Assembly (NCBI GenBank): GCA_016745075.1
Contig: JADGDD010000002.1
Coordinates: 130,034-194,033, forward strand
Source of the DNA: Planctomycetota bacterium
Lineage (GTDB): Bacteria; Planctomycetota; UBA11346
DNA: 64,000 nt
Reading direction: 5' to 3'
The stretch's first letter is position 1; each line of letters starts with the position of its first letter. A model generated the notes under the pieces. That model was not told the origin of the DNA. It did no database searches and saw only the letters and a list, made by a program, of their open reading frames with translations. Position numbers and translations under genes: made by a program. Below are positions 30,719-42,142 of this stretch, piece after piece.

Positions 30719-31804
30719 ATGCCAGAACCATTAAAAAATATGTATACCCACGGAGTCATCTGTGCGGTGCTTACTGCAATTAAAAAAGAATGCTCTGCTT
30801 TTTCTGTGAAAAAATGCGAAAATGCAATTTTTGCCGAAGGCTGGGAAGAGCTTGAACTCAAGGGCCGAATGCGCCGCATTGCAGAATGTGTCTATGCGGC
30901 TATCCCATATAATTATAAAGACAGTATGGCCGTACTTGTCGCAGTCGCGCCGCGTTTTACCGGTTTTGAATATATGTTTTTCCCAGATATTATTGAATTG
31001 TATGGCCAGAAAAATTGGACGGTGTCTATTCCTGCGCTAAAAACCGTTACCTCGTATTCCAGTAGTGAGTTTGCAGTGCGACCTTTTTTGGTGCAAAACA
31101 GTAACCGTATGTTGCAACACATGCTTACATGGACAGGTGATAAAAATGAGCATGTCCGCCGTTTAGCTAGCGAAGGTTGTCGCCCACGTTTACCATGGGC
31201 GATGGCTTTGCCTGCATTTAAAAAAGATCCCACTGATATTTTGCCTATTCTCACTGCGCTGCGAGATGACGAAAGCGAATACGTGCGTCGAAGTGTTGCC
31301 AATAACTTGAATGATATTAGCAAAGATCATCCAGAGCTTGTGCGTAGCATCGCCAAGGACTGGCTTGGAGACAATGTTCTGCGAGACAAGTTAGTGAAAC
31401 ATGCGTGTCGTACTTTATTGAAGCAGGGAGATCCGGAAGTCTTGTCTCTCTTTGGCTGTGGCCCCGCCAAACATGTTTCCATCAAATCCTTTGAGCTAGA
31501 AAGTGATCAAATTGACCTTGGTGAACATTTAGTTTTTACCGCGGAGCTTGTCTCTTCACAGCCACTCGGAACCTTGCGTATAGAATTTGGCATAGATTAT
31601 CAAAAAGCGAATGGAAGCCTTTCACGAAAAGTGTTTAAAATTAGTGAGTCTACCATAACAGAACGTCATAAAACAATTATTCGTCGTCACGCTTTTGTTC
31701 CGCGTACTACCAGAAAACTCCATCCCGGTGAGCACGGTATCGCTCTTATTATTAACGGCGAAGAACGCGTGAGTAGGACTTTTTTCTTGAAAACCAACGA
31801 TTAA
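30719..31804 (+). CDS. DNA alkylation repair protein (AlkC-like HEAT-repeat glycosylase with C-terminal Ig-like domain)
   Basis: SSEFAVRPF, HVRRLASEGCRPRLPW, YVRRSVANNLNDISKDHP, TTRKLHPG. Confidence 0.85.
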   Translation: MPEPLKNMYTHGVICAVLTAIKKECSAFSVKKCENAIFAEGWEELELKGRMRRIAECVYAAIPYNYKDSMAVLVAVAPRFTGFEYMFFPDIIELYGQKNWTVSIPALKTVTSYSSSEFAVRPFLVQNSNRMLQHMLTWTGDKNEHVRRLASEGCRPRLPWAMALPAFKKDPTDILPILTALRDDESEYVRRSVANNLNDISKDHPELVRSIAKDWLGDNVLRDKLVKHACRTLLKQGDPEVLSLFGCGPAKHVSIKSFELESDQIDLGEHLVFTAELVSSQPLGTLRIEFGIDYQKANGSLSRKVFKISESTITERHKTIIRRHAFVPRTTRKLHPGEHGIALIINGEERVSRTFFLKTND

Positions 31805-31864
31805 ATAAGCAGCAAATATTGTCCCTTGCTGCTCATTCCTTGCAGGTTTTAAGAATAATGTGTT

Positions 31865-34030
31865 TTATGGTGTAAGAGCTCTTAGTGTATTGCGTAAATC
31901 TTTTGCAGTGTGCACCGGTGCAAGACATTCGTGTGCGGTACAAATATAGGCAGCAGGTTGTGTTTGTTCGGCATAGGGGAGCATATGTGGCCATTGCTCT
32001 GTACGTGCGGTGTCGGCTGGAATCACAACAGCATAGGGCTGGATAATTTGTTGTAGGCTTGCGGTATGTAATTCTTTAGTGATGTCGTTTTCTGTGGCAC
32101 CGGTAATAATAATGGTTAGTGGACCGGTCTGCATCCGTTCCCACGCACCAAGGGAGACAGGGCTACTGCTTGGATTACTAGCGGCGGCAGGGCCAATAGC
32201 CGCAAATAATTCATCGGCGTGTTTTTTCCATTGCTCATGACCAGTAATAATCCAGAGGCGAACAAATCCTTCGGCCAGCATATTTTGTCCGCTTGGGGTA
32301 GCGTTATCGAACCAGTTGCGGCTGCGTCGTACAAGATCTTCGCGGCCTGCGGCGGTGGTGTAAAAACCGCCATCTTCGGCTCGGTTACGTTCAAGAACTT
32401 CGGTTGCTAGTGCCTCTGCACGGGTGATATAGCTCGGATCGCCAACAATTTCAAAGGCGGCACAGAGCCCAACCATAAGATAAGCATAGTCTGTTAAGAA
32501 AGCGGCTTGTTGCGGTAAACGCTCTAGGCCATTTTCGGCGTGGCGCGTACTGAGTGTTTTTGCTAAGGTTTCAATCGTGTTGATGTGTTCTAGATTTGCG
32601 CTGCTTTTGGCGAGTTCAGATAAGCCGTACAGTGTCAGTCCGTTCAGGTCGGTCAGGACTTTATCGTCCAAGCCAGGGCGTGGCCGTTTAGCGCGCACCT
32701 GTTCAAGCAATGGTAGGTAGTGTTCCCAGCTTGCTCGTTTTGCTAATTGTTCTGGCTTTTCAGCAATTGCAGTAAATACATCACCACCACGTGGGTGTGG
32801 AATATGAGATTCAACTGGTTCCCAATGGCCAGAGTGGCCGCGTTCACGAATACCTTGGCTGATATTCCATTCTTGCGCGAGGGTGGCAGCATTTTCTTCG
32901 CCAAGAGCCTCAGCCAATTGGGCTGGGCTCCAAGCGTAAAAGCTTCCTTCACCCTCTGGATCATCTGCATCTTCGGCAGTGGCATAGCCGATGAACGTAT
33001 GATCAACTTCTTGGCGTAAATCACGTTCCAGATAAGCAGCAATGTTTTCTGCGGTTTGTAAAAAATCAGAACGAGCAAAGAAACGGGCAGCACGGCTATA
33101 GGCGATTAGGAGTTGTGCATTATCATATATCATTTTCTCAAAATGCGGAACTCGCCAATGGGCATCAACGCTGTAACGGTGAAAGCCGCCGCCAACACGG
33201 TCGTGCAGACCGGAATCTTGCATCGCTTCTAGCATGGCTTCAGCCCAGCGGTGGAATTGTGGGCTGTGAACGCCTTGATGATGAACGAGTAAGGGTAGTA
33301 AACTATTGGAAGGGAATTTTGGAGCAGCAATTTCTCCCCACGCAATGCCAGGATTGTTGGAATCATAACTCTGTTCAACTCCAGCATAGAGGCGGTCCCA
33401 GACGCTGTCATTAAGCGGACTAGCATCGGCACTGCTTGGTGCTTTATTCATTTCTTGCAGCGCCGCATTCATACGTTCGGTCATGTCAGTGATCATTTTA
33501 GGATCGGCCTTCCATGCCTTATCAATTTTCTCCAACAGGCGCATCCAATTTTCTTGTGGAAAGTAGGTGCCAGCAAAAAAAGGAATACCACTATGATCAG
33601 TGACCACATTCAGCGGCCAGCCACCTCGGCCAGTCATTGCTTGGGCGGCATCCATGTAAATTTCATCAACTTCGGGGTGCACTTCGCGGTCTACTTTAAT
33701 GCAGACAAAGTGCTCATTCATAATCTTTGCCACTGTTTCATCTTCAAAACTTTCATGGGCCATAACGTGGCACCAGTGACAGGTGCTGTAGCCGATAGAA
33801 ACAATAACAGGAACTCCGCGTTCTTGTGCCTCAGTAAAAGCTGCTGGTGACCACTCTACCCAATGAACCGGATTATGAGCATGTTGGCGCAGGTAGGGAC
33901 TGCTACTGTTGGCGAGTTGATTGGCAGGCGTTGTTGGCATTGCAGGTCCTTCAGCGGTAAAAAGTTGTGTAAGGAGGAATAGGGGCAGTATCCATATATA
34001 CTGGAGTTGTCTATCTTGATAGCTTCTCAT
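31865..34030 (-). CDS. Thioredoxin-domain protein, YyaL/SSP411 family, with probable signal peptide
   Basis: [51 protein letters not shown] before ATG 34030. Confidence 0.88.
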   Translation of the reverse strand: MRSYQDRQLQYIWILPLFLLTQLFTAEGPAMPTTPANQLANSSSPYLRQHAHNPVHWVEWSPAAFTEAQERGVPVIVSIGYSTCHWCHVMAHESFEDETVAKIMNEHFVCIKVDREVHPEVDEIYMDAAQAMTGRGGWPLNVVTDHSGIPFFAGTYFPQENWMRLLEKIDKAWKADPKMITDMTERMNAALQEMNKAPSSADASPLNDSVWDRLYAGVEQSYDSNNPGIAWGEIAAPKFPSNSLLPLLVHHQGVHSPQFHRWAEAMLEAMQDSGLHDRVGGGFHRYSVDAHWRVPHFEKMIYDNAQLLIAYSRAARFFARSDFLQTAENIAAYLERDLRQEVDHTFIGYATAEDADDPEGEGSFYAWSPAQLAEALGEENAATLAQEWNISQGIRERGHSGHWEPVESHIPHPRGGDVFTAIAEKPEQLAKRASWEHYLPLLEQVRAKRPRPGLDDKVLTDLNGLTLYGLSELAKSSANLEHINTIETLAKTLSTRHAENGLERLPQQAAFLTDYAYLMVGLCAAFEIVGDPSYITRAEALATEVLERNRAEDGGFYTTAAGREDLVRRSRNWFDNATPSGQNMLAEGFVRLWIITGHEQWKKHADELFAAIGPAAASNPSSSPVSLGAWERMQTGPLTIIITGATENDITKELHTASLQQIIQPYAVVIPADTARTEQWPHMLPYAEQTQPAAYICTAHECLAPVHTAKDLRNTLRALTP

Positions 34031-34031
34031 C

Positions 34032-34058
34032 TTGCCTCCATTGCGATTGAAGTATGCT
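34032..34058 (+). promoter_or_regulatory. Candidate glmS promoter TTGCCT-N15-TATGCT
   Basis: Read directly, 32 nt upstream of the ATG. Confidence 0.5.
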
Positions 34059-34090
34059 GAGCATCTACACAAAAAGCAAGGAGACTGTGT

Positions 34091-35914
34091 ATGTGCGGAA
34101 TCGCAGGTTATGTCGGCTCATTAGAGGCGGCATCTGTATTGCTCGTCGCTCTTGAACGTTTAAAATATAGAGGGTATGATAGTGCAGGTATAGCCGTGCT
34201 AGACGAAGATGATGAATTAGTTGTCGAGAAGTCAGAAGGCCGCCTTACTGAATTGCAGGCTCGCGTAGATGGCCAAGCGGTCCGTGGTTGTTGTGGCATT
34301 GCTCATACTCGCTGGGCAACGCACGGTGGCCCAACCACAGAGAATGCCCATCCACATGGCGACTCAGATGAACGCATCGCTGTTGTGCACAATGGTATCA
34401 TTGAAAACCATGAGCAATTGCGCAAAGAACTGCTTGCAGACGGTTGTATTTTCCGTTCACAAACAGATAGTGAGGTGATTCCACATTTATTGGCTGGTTC
34501 AGGCAAAGAAGATATGCTTGATGCGGTGATCTCTATTTTGCCACGTTTAGAAGGTGCGTATGCTTTTGGGGTAGTGAGTGAATTATTCACTGACCGTATT
34601 GTTGCAGTTCGCCAAGGTTCGCCGTTGCTCTTGGGTCGTGGTGATGGCCATGTGATGTTGGCATCAGATATTCCAGCCTTGCTTCCACACGCACATGAAG
34701 TGTGCATGCTTGATGATGGTCAAATTGTCGATATTCAAGGTTCAGAAATTCAACTCTATAATTCAGAAGGCGAAAAAATAGAAGCCGTCTTTAAAGCGAT
34801 TGAAGTAACAGCCGAGGCCGTTTCTAAAGGTGACTATGATAGTTTCATGGCAAAAGAAATTGCCGAACAGCCAGAAATATTTTCACGTTTGTTAGAGAGT
34901 CGTGTAACTGGTGGCCGTTTAGATGTGGGTGACTTTGGTGTTGATCTCTCTAAAATTAATCACGTTGTTTTTCTTGCGTGTGGTACCAGTTGGCATGCAG
35001 CTTTGCTTGGAAAACGTTTCCTTGAGCAACTTGCCCGTATTCATGTCGAAGTCGATATTTCATCTGAATATCGCTATCGTAACCCTGTTGCATCGGGTGA
35101 TACTTTGGTCATTCCGATCAGTCAAAGTGGTGAGACTGCTGATACCTTAGCAGGTTTGCGTTTGGCCCGTTCGATGTTTATGCCAGTTGTTAGTCTTGTA
35201 AATGTGATGGATTCAACCATAGCTCGTGAATCAGATGGAATTATGCCATTAATGGCTGGTCCAGAGATTGGTGTTGCTTCGACTAAGGCGTATACCACGC
35301 AGGTGCTTGCCTTGTATTTATTTGCTATGCAAATGGCTCGTGCCAAAGGTCGTTTAGATCTTTCAGTAGAACAAAAAATGTTGGCAGAGATTAGCCATCT
35401 GCCAGAACTGACTGCATCTACTTTAGTAGATGCAGAAGAGTCCGTTGTTGATGCGATGGAATTATTCAGCGCTGCCCAAGCAACGGTGTTCCTTGGTCGT
35501 GGTGGTGAGCATGCAACGGCTATGGAAGGCGCACTTAAATTAAAAGAAATTGCTTATGTGCACGCAATGGGTTATCCAGCGGGTGAATTTAAACATGGGC
35601 CAATTGCTTTAGTTACAGAGGCCTTGCCTGTTGTGTGTATGGTTCCGCAAGATCATATGTATGAAAAAATGTTATCAAACTTAGAAGAAGTTCGTGCACG
35701 TGCCGGCCGTATTATTTCAGTCGGATTCAAAGGTGATAATAAATTGCGTAGTCTGAGTGATTTCTGTTTTCCTGTAGCGCAATCACCCATTCCAGAGTTG
35801 CAACCATTGCTCTCAATTCTTCCGCTTCAACGTTATGCCTATCATGTGGCTCGTCGTCGCGGTTGTGATGTAGACCAACCACGTAACTTGGCTAAATCGG
35901 TAACGGTAGAATAA
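34091..35914 (+). CDS. glmS: Glutamine--fructose-6-phosphate aminotransferase
   Basis: [52 protein letters not shown]. Confidence 0.97.
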   Translation: MCGIAGYVGSLEAASVLLVALERLKYRGYDSAGIAVLDEDDELVVEKSEGRLTELQARVDGQAVRGCCGIAHTRWATHGGPTTENAHPHGDSDERIAVVHNGIIENHEQLRKELLADGCIFRSQTDSEVIPHLLAGSGKEDMLDAVISILPRLEGAYAFGVVSELFTDRIVAVRQGSPLLLGRGDGHVMLASDIPALLPHAHEVCMLDDGQIVDIQGSEIQLYNSEGEKIEAVFKAIEVTAEAVSKGDYDSFMAKEIAEQPEIFSRLLESRVTGGRLDVGDFGVDLSKINHVVFLACGTSWHAALLGKRFLEQLARIHVEVDISSEYRYRNPVASGDTLVIPISQSGETADTLAGLRLARSMFMPVVSLVNVMDSTIARESDGIMPLMAGPEIGVASTKAYTTQVLALYLFAMQMARAKGRLDLSVEQKMLAEISHLPELTASTLVDAEESVVDAMELFSAAQATVFLGRGGEHATAMEGALKLKEIAYVHAMGYPAGEFKHGPIALVTEALPVVCMVPQDHMYEKMLSNLEEVRARAGRIISVGFKGDNKLRSLSDFCFPVAQSPIPELQPLLSILPLQRYAYHVARRRGCDVDQPRNLAKSVTVE

Positions 35915-35937
35915 AGAGATAAGAGAGGATCACTACT

Positions 35938-36612
35938 ATGACGGATGGTGAAATAACAGAAAAGAAAAAGAATTCTGGTTGCGGGAAGTTTTTCGCATTT
36001 GGTTGTTTGGCTCTTGTTCTTTTATGTATTATTGCAGGTGTTACTGTATTCTTGCAATGGCGTAATATTGCAGGGTATATGGCAACCGAATCAATTGACG
36101 TTGTTTTAACCTCACTTGAATACCCAGCGGAAGAGAAAGAAGGCCTTCTTGAATCTATGACGCTTTTAACCGAACACTTTAATGAAAGTGAAGCGAGTCT
36201 TGATGATATGCAACACGTGGTTATGGAATTACAAAAAGACCCCGTGTGTGCTGCAATTATTGCAAATGGTGGTCAATATGCCTATGTTGCTCCATCTGGT
36301 TTATCTGATCTTGATAAAAAAGCAGCAGAAACAGTGGTGAATAGATACTGCCAAGGTTTACTTGACGGTGTTATTGACCCATCGCATGCGTCAGAGTTGC
36401 AAGAAATTGTTATCGTTACCAACATAGATGAGAATAATAGGAGAAGCTACGAGCCCAAAAAACACCTTACTGACGAAGACGTTCGTGCCTGTATTCGTAT
36501 TATGGAAGAAGAAGCAAATCGCGTTAATATAGGTAATGAATATGTGGACCTTGAGTTACCAGATCGCTTAAAAGACGTGGTGAAACGAGTTACTGAGGCT
36601 GAAGAAGAATAA
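35938..36612 (+). CDS. Hypothetical membrane-anchored protein
   Basis: KKKNSGCGK..GC followed by one TM helix; GAGG RBS. Confidence 0.65.
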   Translation: MTDGEITEKKKNSGCGKFFAFGCLALVLLCIIAGVTVFLQWRNIAGYMATESIDVVLTSLEYPAEEKEGLLESMTLLTEHFNESEASLDDMQHVVMELQKDPVCAAIIANGGQYAYVAPSGLSDLDKKAAETVVNRYCQGLLDGVIDPSHASELQEIVIVTNIDENNRRSYEPKKHLTDEDVRACIRIMEEEANRVNIGNEYVDLELPDRLKDVVKRVTEAEEE

Positions 36613-36682
36613 GACTCGTCTTTCGTATGGGAAAGGTTTGAGTCGTAAGTGGGAGTTCTGACTTCTTTGTATAAGTATAATT

Positions 36683-36714
36683 AAAAACCCCAGAGCTACA
36701 GCTCTGGGGTTTTT
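36683..36714. terminator. Bidirectional intrinsic terminator
   Basis: AAAAACCCCAGAGC-TACA-GCTCTGGGGTTTTT between convergent genes. Confidence 0.88.
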
Positions 36715-36739
36715 ACTATTTATTATATTATCGAACAGC

Positions 36740-37966
36740 TTAGTGGGCAACGGCTAACGTTGCTGTTTTGGGTTGACCAATGGCACCAAGCAATTCAACA
36801 AACCATGCTTCGTCGGTGTTGAATGGTTTGCCGCCAGCAATACGTGGGAATTCAATAGCACGAAGAATATTGTTTTGTTCTTCGTCATGACCGATGACGC
36901 CACCTTCGCGGCGTATGGCGCAGTCAACAGCAAGGTCGGTGCAGCTTTTAATTAAACGAAGGTCTTCGCTGTTGGCAGCGGCAGCGCGTGCATAATAGCC
37001 GCTCTTTTGAACGAGTACTTTTTCTGCGCCAAGCATCTCTGCAAACTGTTTAGCGAACCAAGCACCTGGATTGATTGCGTCTAATTTAACGTGACCAAAT
37101 GCGTCACGCGGTACTTCTTCACCGCGAGATTCCATTTCAGCAACAATGCTTTCACCGCCAGCACCTTCTGCGATGAAAATATTTACGCAGTCGTTGGTAT
37201 CCATAACAGCAGAGAGTCGTTTGCTTTCTGCAGCAATATCGAGGGCCATTTCTGGAATGTAAATAGCATGTACATCAAGATTCGTTTTATTAAAGCCAAG
37301 GCTGCCAACGTAATCTTTACGCGCAAGACGGTTATGGTAGACCTGTGCGGTAGCAGCAGTAAGCCAGCCGCAATGACGGCCCATCACTTCATGAACGATC
37401 AACATGCGTGGGTTGGCACTGGATTCAGCAACAACGTTACTGAAGTAGTTCGCGCCTTCTTCGGCCGCAGTCCATGCACCAAGGCTTTGCTTGATAGGAA
37501 TAACATCGTTATCAATAGTTTTTGGCAAACCAACAACGGTAAGCTCGTAATCATTTTCTGCCAAATAGGCAGCAAGGTCAGCAGCGGTGGTGTTGGTGTC
37601 GTCGCCACCAATGGTGTGCAAAACGTCAACATTATCGACGGTAAGTTGTTTGGCAGCAGCTTCCAGTGGGTTACCACCTTCAGGAATGAGGCCGCGTTTA
37701 ACGCAATCTTTTACGTTCGTGAGTTTGACGCGGCTGTTGCCAATGGGGCTGCCACCAAAGCGATGGAAGATGCCAGCTTCAGCCCGCATTTCAGGAGTAA
37801 TAGTAACAAATTCACCAAGGAGAAGACCTTTGTAGCCACCGATGTAGGCGATGATTTCAATTTCTGGGTAAAGTTCTGTATAGCGTTCAATTAAACCGCC
37901 AACAGCAGAAGAAAGGCATGGGGCAAGGCCGCCAGCAGTAAGAAGGGCAACTTTTTTAACAGTCAT
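36740..37966 (-). CDS. pfp: Pyrophosphate-dependent phosphofructokinase
   Basis: TAGGLAPC, GNSRVKLTN, PPi-type GGDDT, PKTIDND, EVMGR. Confidence 0.93.
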   Translation of the reverse strand: MTVKKVALLTAGGLAPCLSSAVGGLIERYTELYPEIEIIAYIGGYKGLLLGEFVTITPEMRAEAGIFHRFGGSPIGNSRVKLTNVKDCVKRGLIPEGGNPLEAAAKQLTVDNVDVLHTIGGDDTNTTAADLAAYLAENDYELTVVGLPKTIDNDVIPIKQSLGAWTAAEEGANYFSNVVAESSANPRMLIVHEVMGRHCGWLTAATAQVYHNRLARKDYVGSLGFNKTNLDVHAIYIPEMALDIAAESKRLSAVMDTNDCVNIFIAEGAGGESIVAEMESRGEEVPRDAFGHVKLDAINPGAWFAKQFAEMLGAEKVLVQKSGYYARAAAANSEDLRLIKSCTDLAVDCAIRREGGVIGHDEEQNNILRAIEFPRIAGGKPFNTDEAWFVELLGAIGQPKTATLAVAH

Positions 37967-37999
37967 AACAAGGTCTCTCCGATTACGGAAGGGTTGATA

Positions 38000-39667
38000 T
38001 TAAGGACGCCACCAAGTGGTGTCGTCTGTGGAGATGGCAGTACATGCGCCACTTCCACGGATTGTGGCTAAGGCACTGGTAAATGGAATATCCAGTGTAA
38101 GAATAAGCGTGTCTGTATTTTGAGTGGTCAGATCACAAGAAATAACGGTTTCTGGTGTTGGCGGGTGGGCGATGTTCCGCGCAAGTGCGAGGCAATCCAT
38201 CCAGTGGTGCAGAGCAAGGGAGGCGGAAACAACAGCGCTGTTGCCAATGGGTAGGGCTTGGCGCGCTTTTTCTGATGATTGAATAATGTTCTGTATATCT
38301 TCGTTTAAGCTATTTTCTGTATCTGAATATGCCTGTGCTAATAAGCTGGAAGAGGCTGCGACTACATTATTGCGGTAAGATGATATTTTCCATTGTGCGA
38401 TAAGCTCTTGTTGTTCTGGTGTTAGCCCATTTGTTTGGGCGTTAGCAGGAAGTACGTCATCATCAGCGTAGAGACCAATGTGCGCTAGGAGACTTTGTTG
38501 TAATTGTGCGACATCTTTGGCGCGTGGTTGTTCGCGCAGAGACCAGCGTCGGGTATTTATCGCCCCACCTTCTTGTGCCTGTGCATAATAGCGTAAGGCA
38601 AAGGCATCTTGGCGATCACTTAATTGGAAAAACTGTAGGAGATCATCATCCCAACCATCAGGGAAACTACTGCTATCAAGGCGGTCTCGGATGCTTTCAA
38701 GCAGGCGCTGCCCAGCGTTCGTAATTTCTCCCTGCCACATAATTGATCCGTGGAGTTGAAAGACCATATCTTTTTCTGGTAGCAAAGAGAGTATACGGGA
38801 AGCCAGGTTTTGTTGTCGAGCAATCCAGTGGGCAAATAACGATTCTGCTTTTCCGTGCATGGTGCAGACCACTTGGAAACTATCTGGAGCATTATTGTCT
38901 GTTTCTTCTATGTTTGGTAATACTTTTAGGGTGAAATCTTGAATGTTATCAACAACCGTTCCCCACTCTTCTTGTAGACGGTAGCGCAGTAGCAAATTGG
39001 CAACTGGTTGGCCATCAAAAGAGAGGTTATCGAAGAAGCCGTCTAAAGCGTGATTGAGTAAAAAATGTGGGTCGTCAATTGTTAGAATAAGCGGTGGTTT
39101 TTCTTCAATTTGGTCATCACGCCATTCCATGTGCGCCAGTTCGCGGCAGCCATAAGCAGAACGCGAAACGTAAGCACGATGGTCACGAACAAGTACGCGG
39201 TATTCCAGTAATCCATCATCTGTATTTTGAGAATAAACAACGGTGCCATCTCGCTCACCAATACGTACAAGTGTGCCATCGCCAACACTGACTGAACCGA
39301 AGTGCTCTAAGAAGGTTTCTCGTTTTTTAAGAGGGATAACTGCGGCAAGGGAAGCATCGTCACCAACCCAAAAGAAGCGGGCTGGCCGTTGTAGGTCTAC
39401 GCCATCAATGCTACTGCTAAAAAAGAGGAGTTGGGCAAGCTCAATAAAATAGTCTTCAGACGGCGTGTTGGTGGCTGAAGCTAACGCATCAAGTCGATTC
39501 ACAAACCATTCAGGGTTGTTGATGATGAGACTTGCACGGGTAGCGCCGCCAACCGCTTCTGGAAGAGTCAGTAGGGAACTGTCTTGCTCAGCAGTCTGTG
39601 CTGGAACGTAAGTCATAAGCAATGAGCAGCAGGAGATTACGAGTAGGGCGCGTGTGAGCATAAGCAT
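38000..39667 (-). CDS. Hypothetical secreted protein
   Basis: GGAG RBS before ATG 39667; signal-peptide-like MLMLTRALLVISCCSLLMTYVPA. The track's 5' extension overlaps mreC. Confidence 0.6.
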   Translation of the reverse strand: MLMLTRALLVISCCSLLMTYVPAQTAEQDSSLLTLPEAVGGATRASLIINNPEWFVNRLDALASATNTPSEDYFIELAQLLFFSSSIDGVDLQRPARFFWVGDDASLAAVIPLKKRETFLEHFGSVSVGDGTLVRIGERDGTVVYSQNTDDGLLEYRVLVRDHRAYVSRSAYGCRELAHMEWRDDQIEEKPPLILTIDDPHFLLNHALDGFFDNLSFDGQPVANLLLRYRLQEEWGTVVDNIQDFTLKVLPNIEETDNNAPDSFQVVCTMHGKAESLFAHWIARQQNLASRILSLLPEKDMVFQLHGSIMWQGEITNAGQRLLESIRDRLDSSSFPDGWDDDLLQFFQLSDRQDAFALRYYAQAQEGGAINTRRWSLREQPRAKDVAQLQQSLLAHIGLYADDDVLPANAQTNGLTPEQQELIAQWKISSYRNNVVAASSSLLAQAYSDTENSLNEDIQNIIQSSEKARQALPIGNSAVVSASLALHHWMDCLALARNIAHPPTPETVISCDLTTQNTDTLILTLDIPFTSALATIRGSGACTAISTDDTTWWRP

Positions 39668-39770
39668 GTTCTCCAATCGGAGGCCCAGTCTAGGGAACAA
39701 CAGCGTTTTGCTAGTCGGAAAATGCCGTCCTGCTTGTGTTACGAGCGATCTACACAAGTATAGGCGTATC

Positions 39771-40625
39771 ATGATGATGACTCCGTATAGACGGCAAATA
39801 CTTGTGGCAGCAGCGCTGGCACTGCTTTCTGTGCTCTTGATGGTAACAGGGCTTACAGCAGCAGTGACCCGCTCTTTGGGGAGTGTGTTTGATCCGTGGC
39901 GAGCGGAGCGTATGGCAGAGGGTTTGGACAATAGTTCAGATGAAGGCCACAAAGAAGAGCAGACTATACAAGCGGTGAGCGTGGCTAATCATCGCTTGAA
40001 GGCCATTAACGCGGATCTGCGTCAGCGCTTGGCTGAATATGAAGCGATAGCGGGTGAAGGCGGCCAAGATCCGCAAACTGTTGTTGTTGCTCGTGTACAA
40101 GTTGTGTCTCAGAGCAGTCGAGAAGGACAAGAGCGTTCAGCTGTTATAGATGTGGATGGCGGCGCTTTAGATCACGTTAAATTGGGCATGGTCGCTATGG
40201 TGGGTTGGTGTCTTGTTGGCCAAGTTGCTGGAGAAGGAACGTATAGAAGTACTATTCGTTTAATTACAGATAAAGATAGTCGGGTACCAGCAACTTTATT
40301 TGCCGCAGATAGAGAACGCCCCGTTGCCGAAGGGGTATTGGCAGGTTCATCTAAGCCAGATCATTGTCGTTTACTCTATGTTGAAGATCATCCAGATTTA
40401 GAAGTAGAGCTGGGAATGCAGGTGTATACTTCTGGCTTGGCCGGCCACTTTCTACCGCATATGCCCTTGGGTGTAGTGACAGAAGCCCAAAGACAGGTGT
40501 CTAGTGATATGTGGAGCATAGAAGTTCGGCCACATTATCGCCTGTCAACTATTACCAATTTGTTAATTGCCGATTTTGAAAAACATACTGATACCACTCA
40601 AACAGAGGATAGAGAGCAAGAATGA
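39771..40625 (+). CDS. mreC: Rod shape-determining protein MreC-like
   Basis: N-terminal TM, coiled coil, LVGQV, IRLITD, VYTSGLAGHFLP..PLG. Confidence 0.75.
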   Translation: MMMTPYRRQILVAAALALLSVLLMVTGLTAAVTRSLGSVFDPWRAERMAEGLDNSSDEGHKEEQTIQAVSVANHRLKAINADLRQRLAEYEAIAGEGGQDPQTVVVARVQVVSQSSREGQERSAVIDVDGGALDHVKLGMVAMVGWCLVGQVAGEGTYRSTIRLITDKDSRVPATLFAADRERPVAEGVLAGSSKPDHCRLLYVEDHPDLEVELGMQVYTSGLAGHFLPHMPLGVVTEAQRQVSSDMWSIEVRPHYRLSTITNLLIADFEKHTDTTQTEDREQE

Positions 40626-41416
40626 CACGTGTTTCTAGCAACTATCACACCCACACCGAGCGCTGCAAACATGCTACGGGAGACGTGCATGCTTATTGTG
40701 CGGCTGCTGATCAAGCAGGTCTTACCGTTCTTGGCATGTCTGATCATACGCCGCTTCCTAACGACCAATGGATAAGTGTACGGATGTATCTGTCTGAATT
40801 GGACGAGTATTGTGCAGAGATTGTAGCAGCCCGTGCTGCCTTTCCAGATATGCGCATTGCCACCGCCTTTGAATGTGAGCATGACGACGCGTGGCTCAGC
40901 TTTTTTAATGATGTTTTACTTGGTGAAAAGGGAGCTGACTACCTTATTGGTGCAGCGCATTGGTTCCCTCATCAAGGCGAATGGATGGGAACTTTTCGTA
41001 ATGTAATTACTCCAGAGCGCTTGCGCTCCTATACAGAATACCTCATTCGTATTATCGAAAACGATACTTATGCCTTCATAGCCCATCCAGATGTATTTGC
41101 TGCATCCTATTTAGAATGGGATGAGGAAGCAGAGGCCTGCACTCGCGCTATTTGTGAAGCAGCAGTTGCAAACAACAAACCGCTCGAAATAAATGGCTAT
41201 GGTTTGCGTAAACAGAAGGTACAGACACCATCAGGAGAGCGTTGCGTCTACCCATGGATTCCGTTTTGGGATTGTGCGGCAGAGTATAAGCTACAAGTGA
41301 TTGCGAATAGTGACGCGCATCGTCCACAAGATGTCGCCGCAAGTATTGTCGAAACCAAGGCATTTGCGATCGAACGTGGTCTGCAATTGTGGGAACCAGA
41401 TAGTAGCGTGTGGTAA
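40622..41416 (+). CDS. hisK: PHP-family histidinol phosphatase-like protein
   Basis: NYHTHT, SDH, AHPD, EIN, NSDAH. Confidence 0.75.
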   Translation: MTRVSSNYHTHTERCKHATGDVHAYCAAADQAGLTVLGMSDHTPLPNDQWISVRMYLSELDEYCAEIVAARAAFPDMRIATAFECEHDDAWLSFFNDVLLGEKGADYLIGAAHWFPHQGEWMGTFRNVITPERLRSYTEYLIRIIENDTYAFIAHPDVFAASYLEWDEEAEACTRAICEAAVANNKPLEINGYGLRKQKVQTPSGERCVYPWIPFWDCAAEYKLQVIANSDAHRPQDVAASIVETKAFAIERGLQLWEPDSSVW

Positions 41417-41461
41417 GATGCACATGTACACCGTGTGCCAGATGAAAGGGGAAGTCATCTT

Positions 41462-41917
41462 ATGATCAGCATTGATAACCTTAGACAGTATTCTCTTTTT
41501 GGTGGCATTACTGATGACATGTTGGAATATATTATTTCTCTCATGCAAAGGCGAGAAATCAATTCTGGTGAAAAAATAGTCGAACAAAGCGGCCCCGGTG
41601 GAGAAGTCTATTTTATATTAGAAGGCGAAGTGCAGGTTGTTATTGATGGTGTAGAAGTGTCTACTTTAAAAGCGGGTGAACAATTTGGTGAAATGCACAT
41701 GATCGACATAGAGCCGCGTAGTGCCACCGCCATTGCCAAAGGGCCAGTTGTGGTATTCATTCTAAAACAGATAGATATGTTTCGTATCCGTAATAAATGC
41801 CAAGAATCATTTATTATGTTGCTTATGAATTGTAGTAGAGATATCAGTCGTCGTTTGCGTACGATGAATGATAAATATGTTCGATTGCAAGATGGCTTGT
41901 CTGAAAAAGATACGTAA
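41462..41917 (+). CDS. Stand-alone cyclic nucleotide-binding domain protein
   Basis: YFILEGEV, GEQFGE, PRSATA; no HTH domain. Confidence 0.82.
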   Translation: MISIDNLRQYSLFGGITDDMLEYIISLMQRREINSGEKIVEQSGPGGEVYFILEGEVQVVIDGVEVSTLKAGEQFGEMHMIDIEPRSATAIAKGPVVVFILKQIDMFRIRNKCQESFIMLLMNCSRDISRRLRTMNDKYVRLQDGLSEKDT

Positions 41918-42142
41918 AAGAAGATCAAGGTTTAATGATCCTGAATACTATTATATATGTTGTTGGGCAAAGACTCCTTTTCTTTTTAAGGAAGAGGTGC
42001 TCGTATGATCTATTGGCTACGCAATATTATTTTTCGTGGAAACAATGTGGCCGGCTCTTTGAACGTTCTCTGTATGACACCGAGCGAAGAATGCTTATGA
42101 GACAAACAAAAAGAAAATCTCTCTTATTATGTGTGAGCTATA

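Noticed and set aside
34030..34090. glmS ribozyme
   Set aside because: Only about 60 nt separate the divergent genes, and no ribozyme core is visible.
37091..37894. Long antisense ORFs opposite pfp (also 28360-28989 opposite ilvC and 60054-60719 opposite rpsI)
   Set aside because: Shadow frames of strongly codon-biased genes, with no recognisable motifs.
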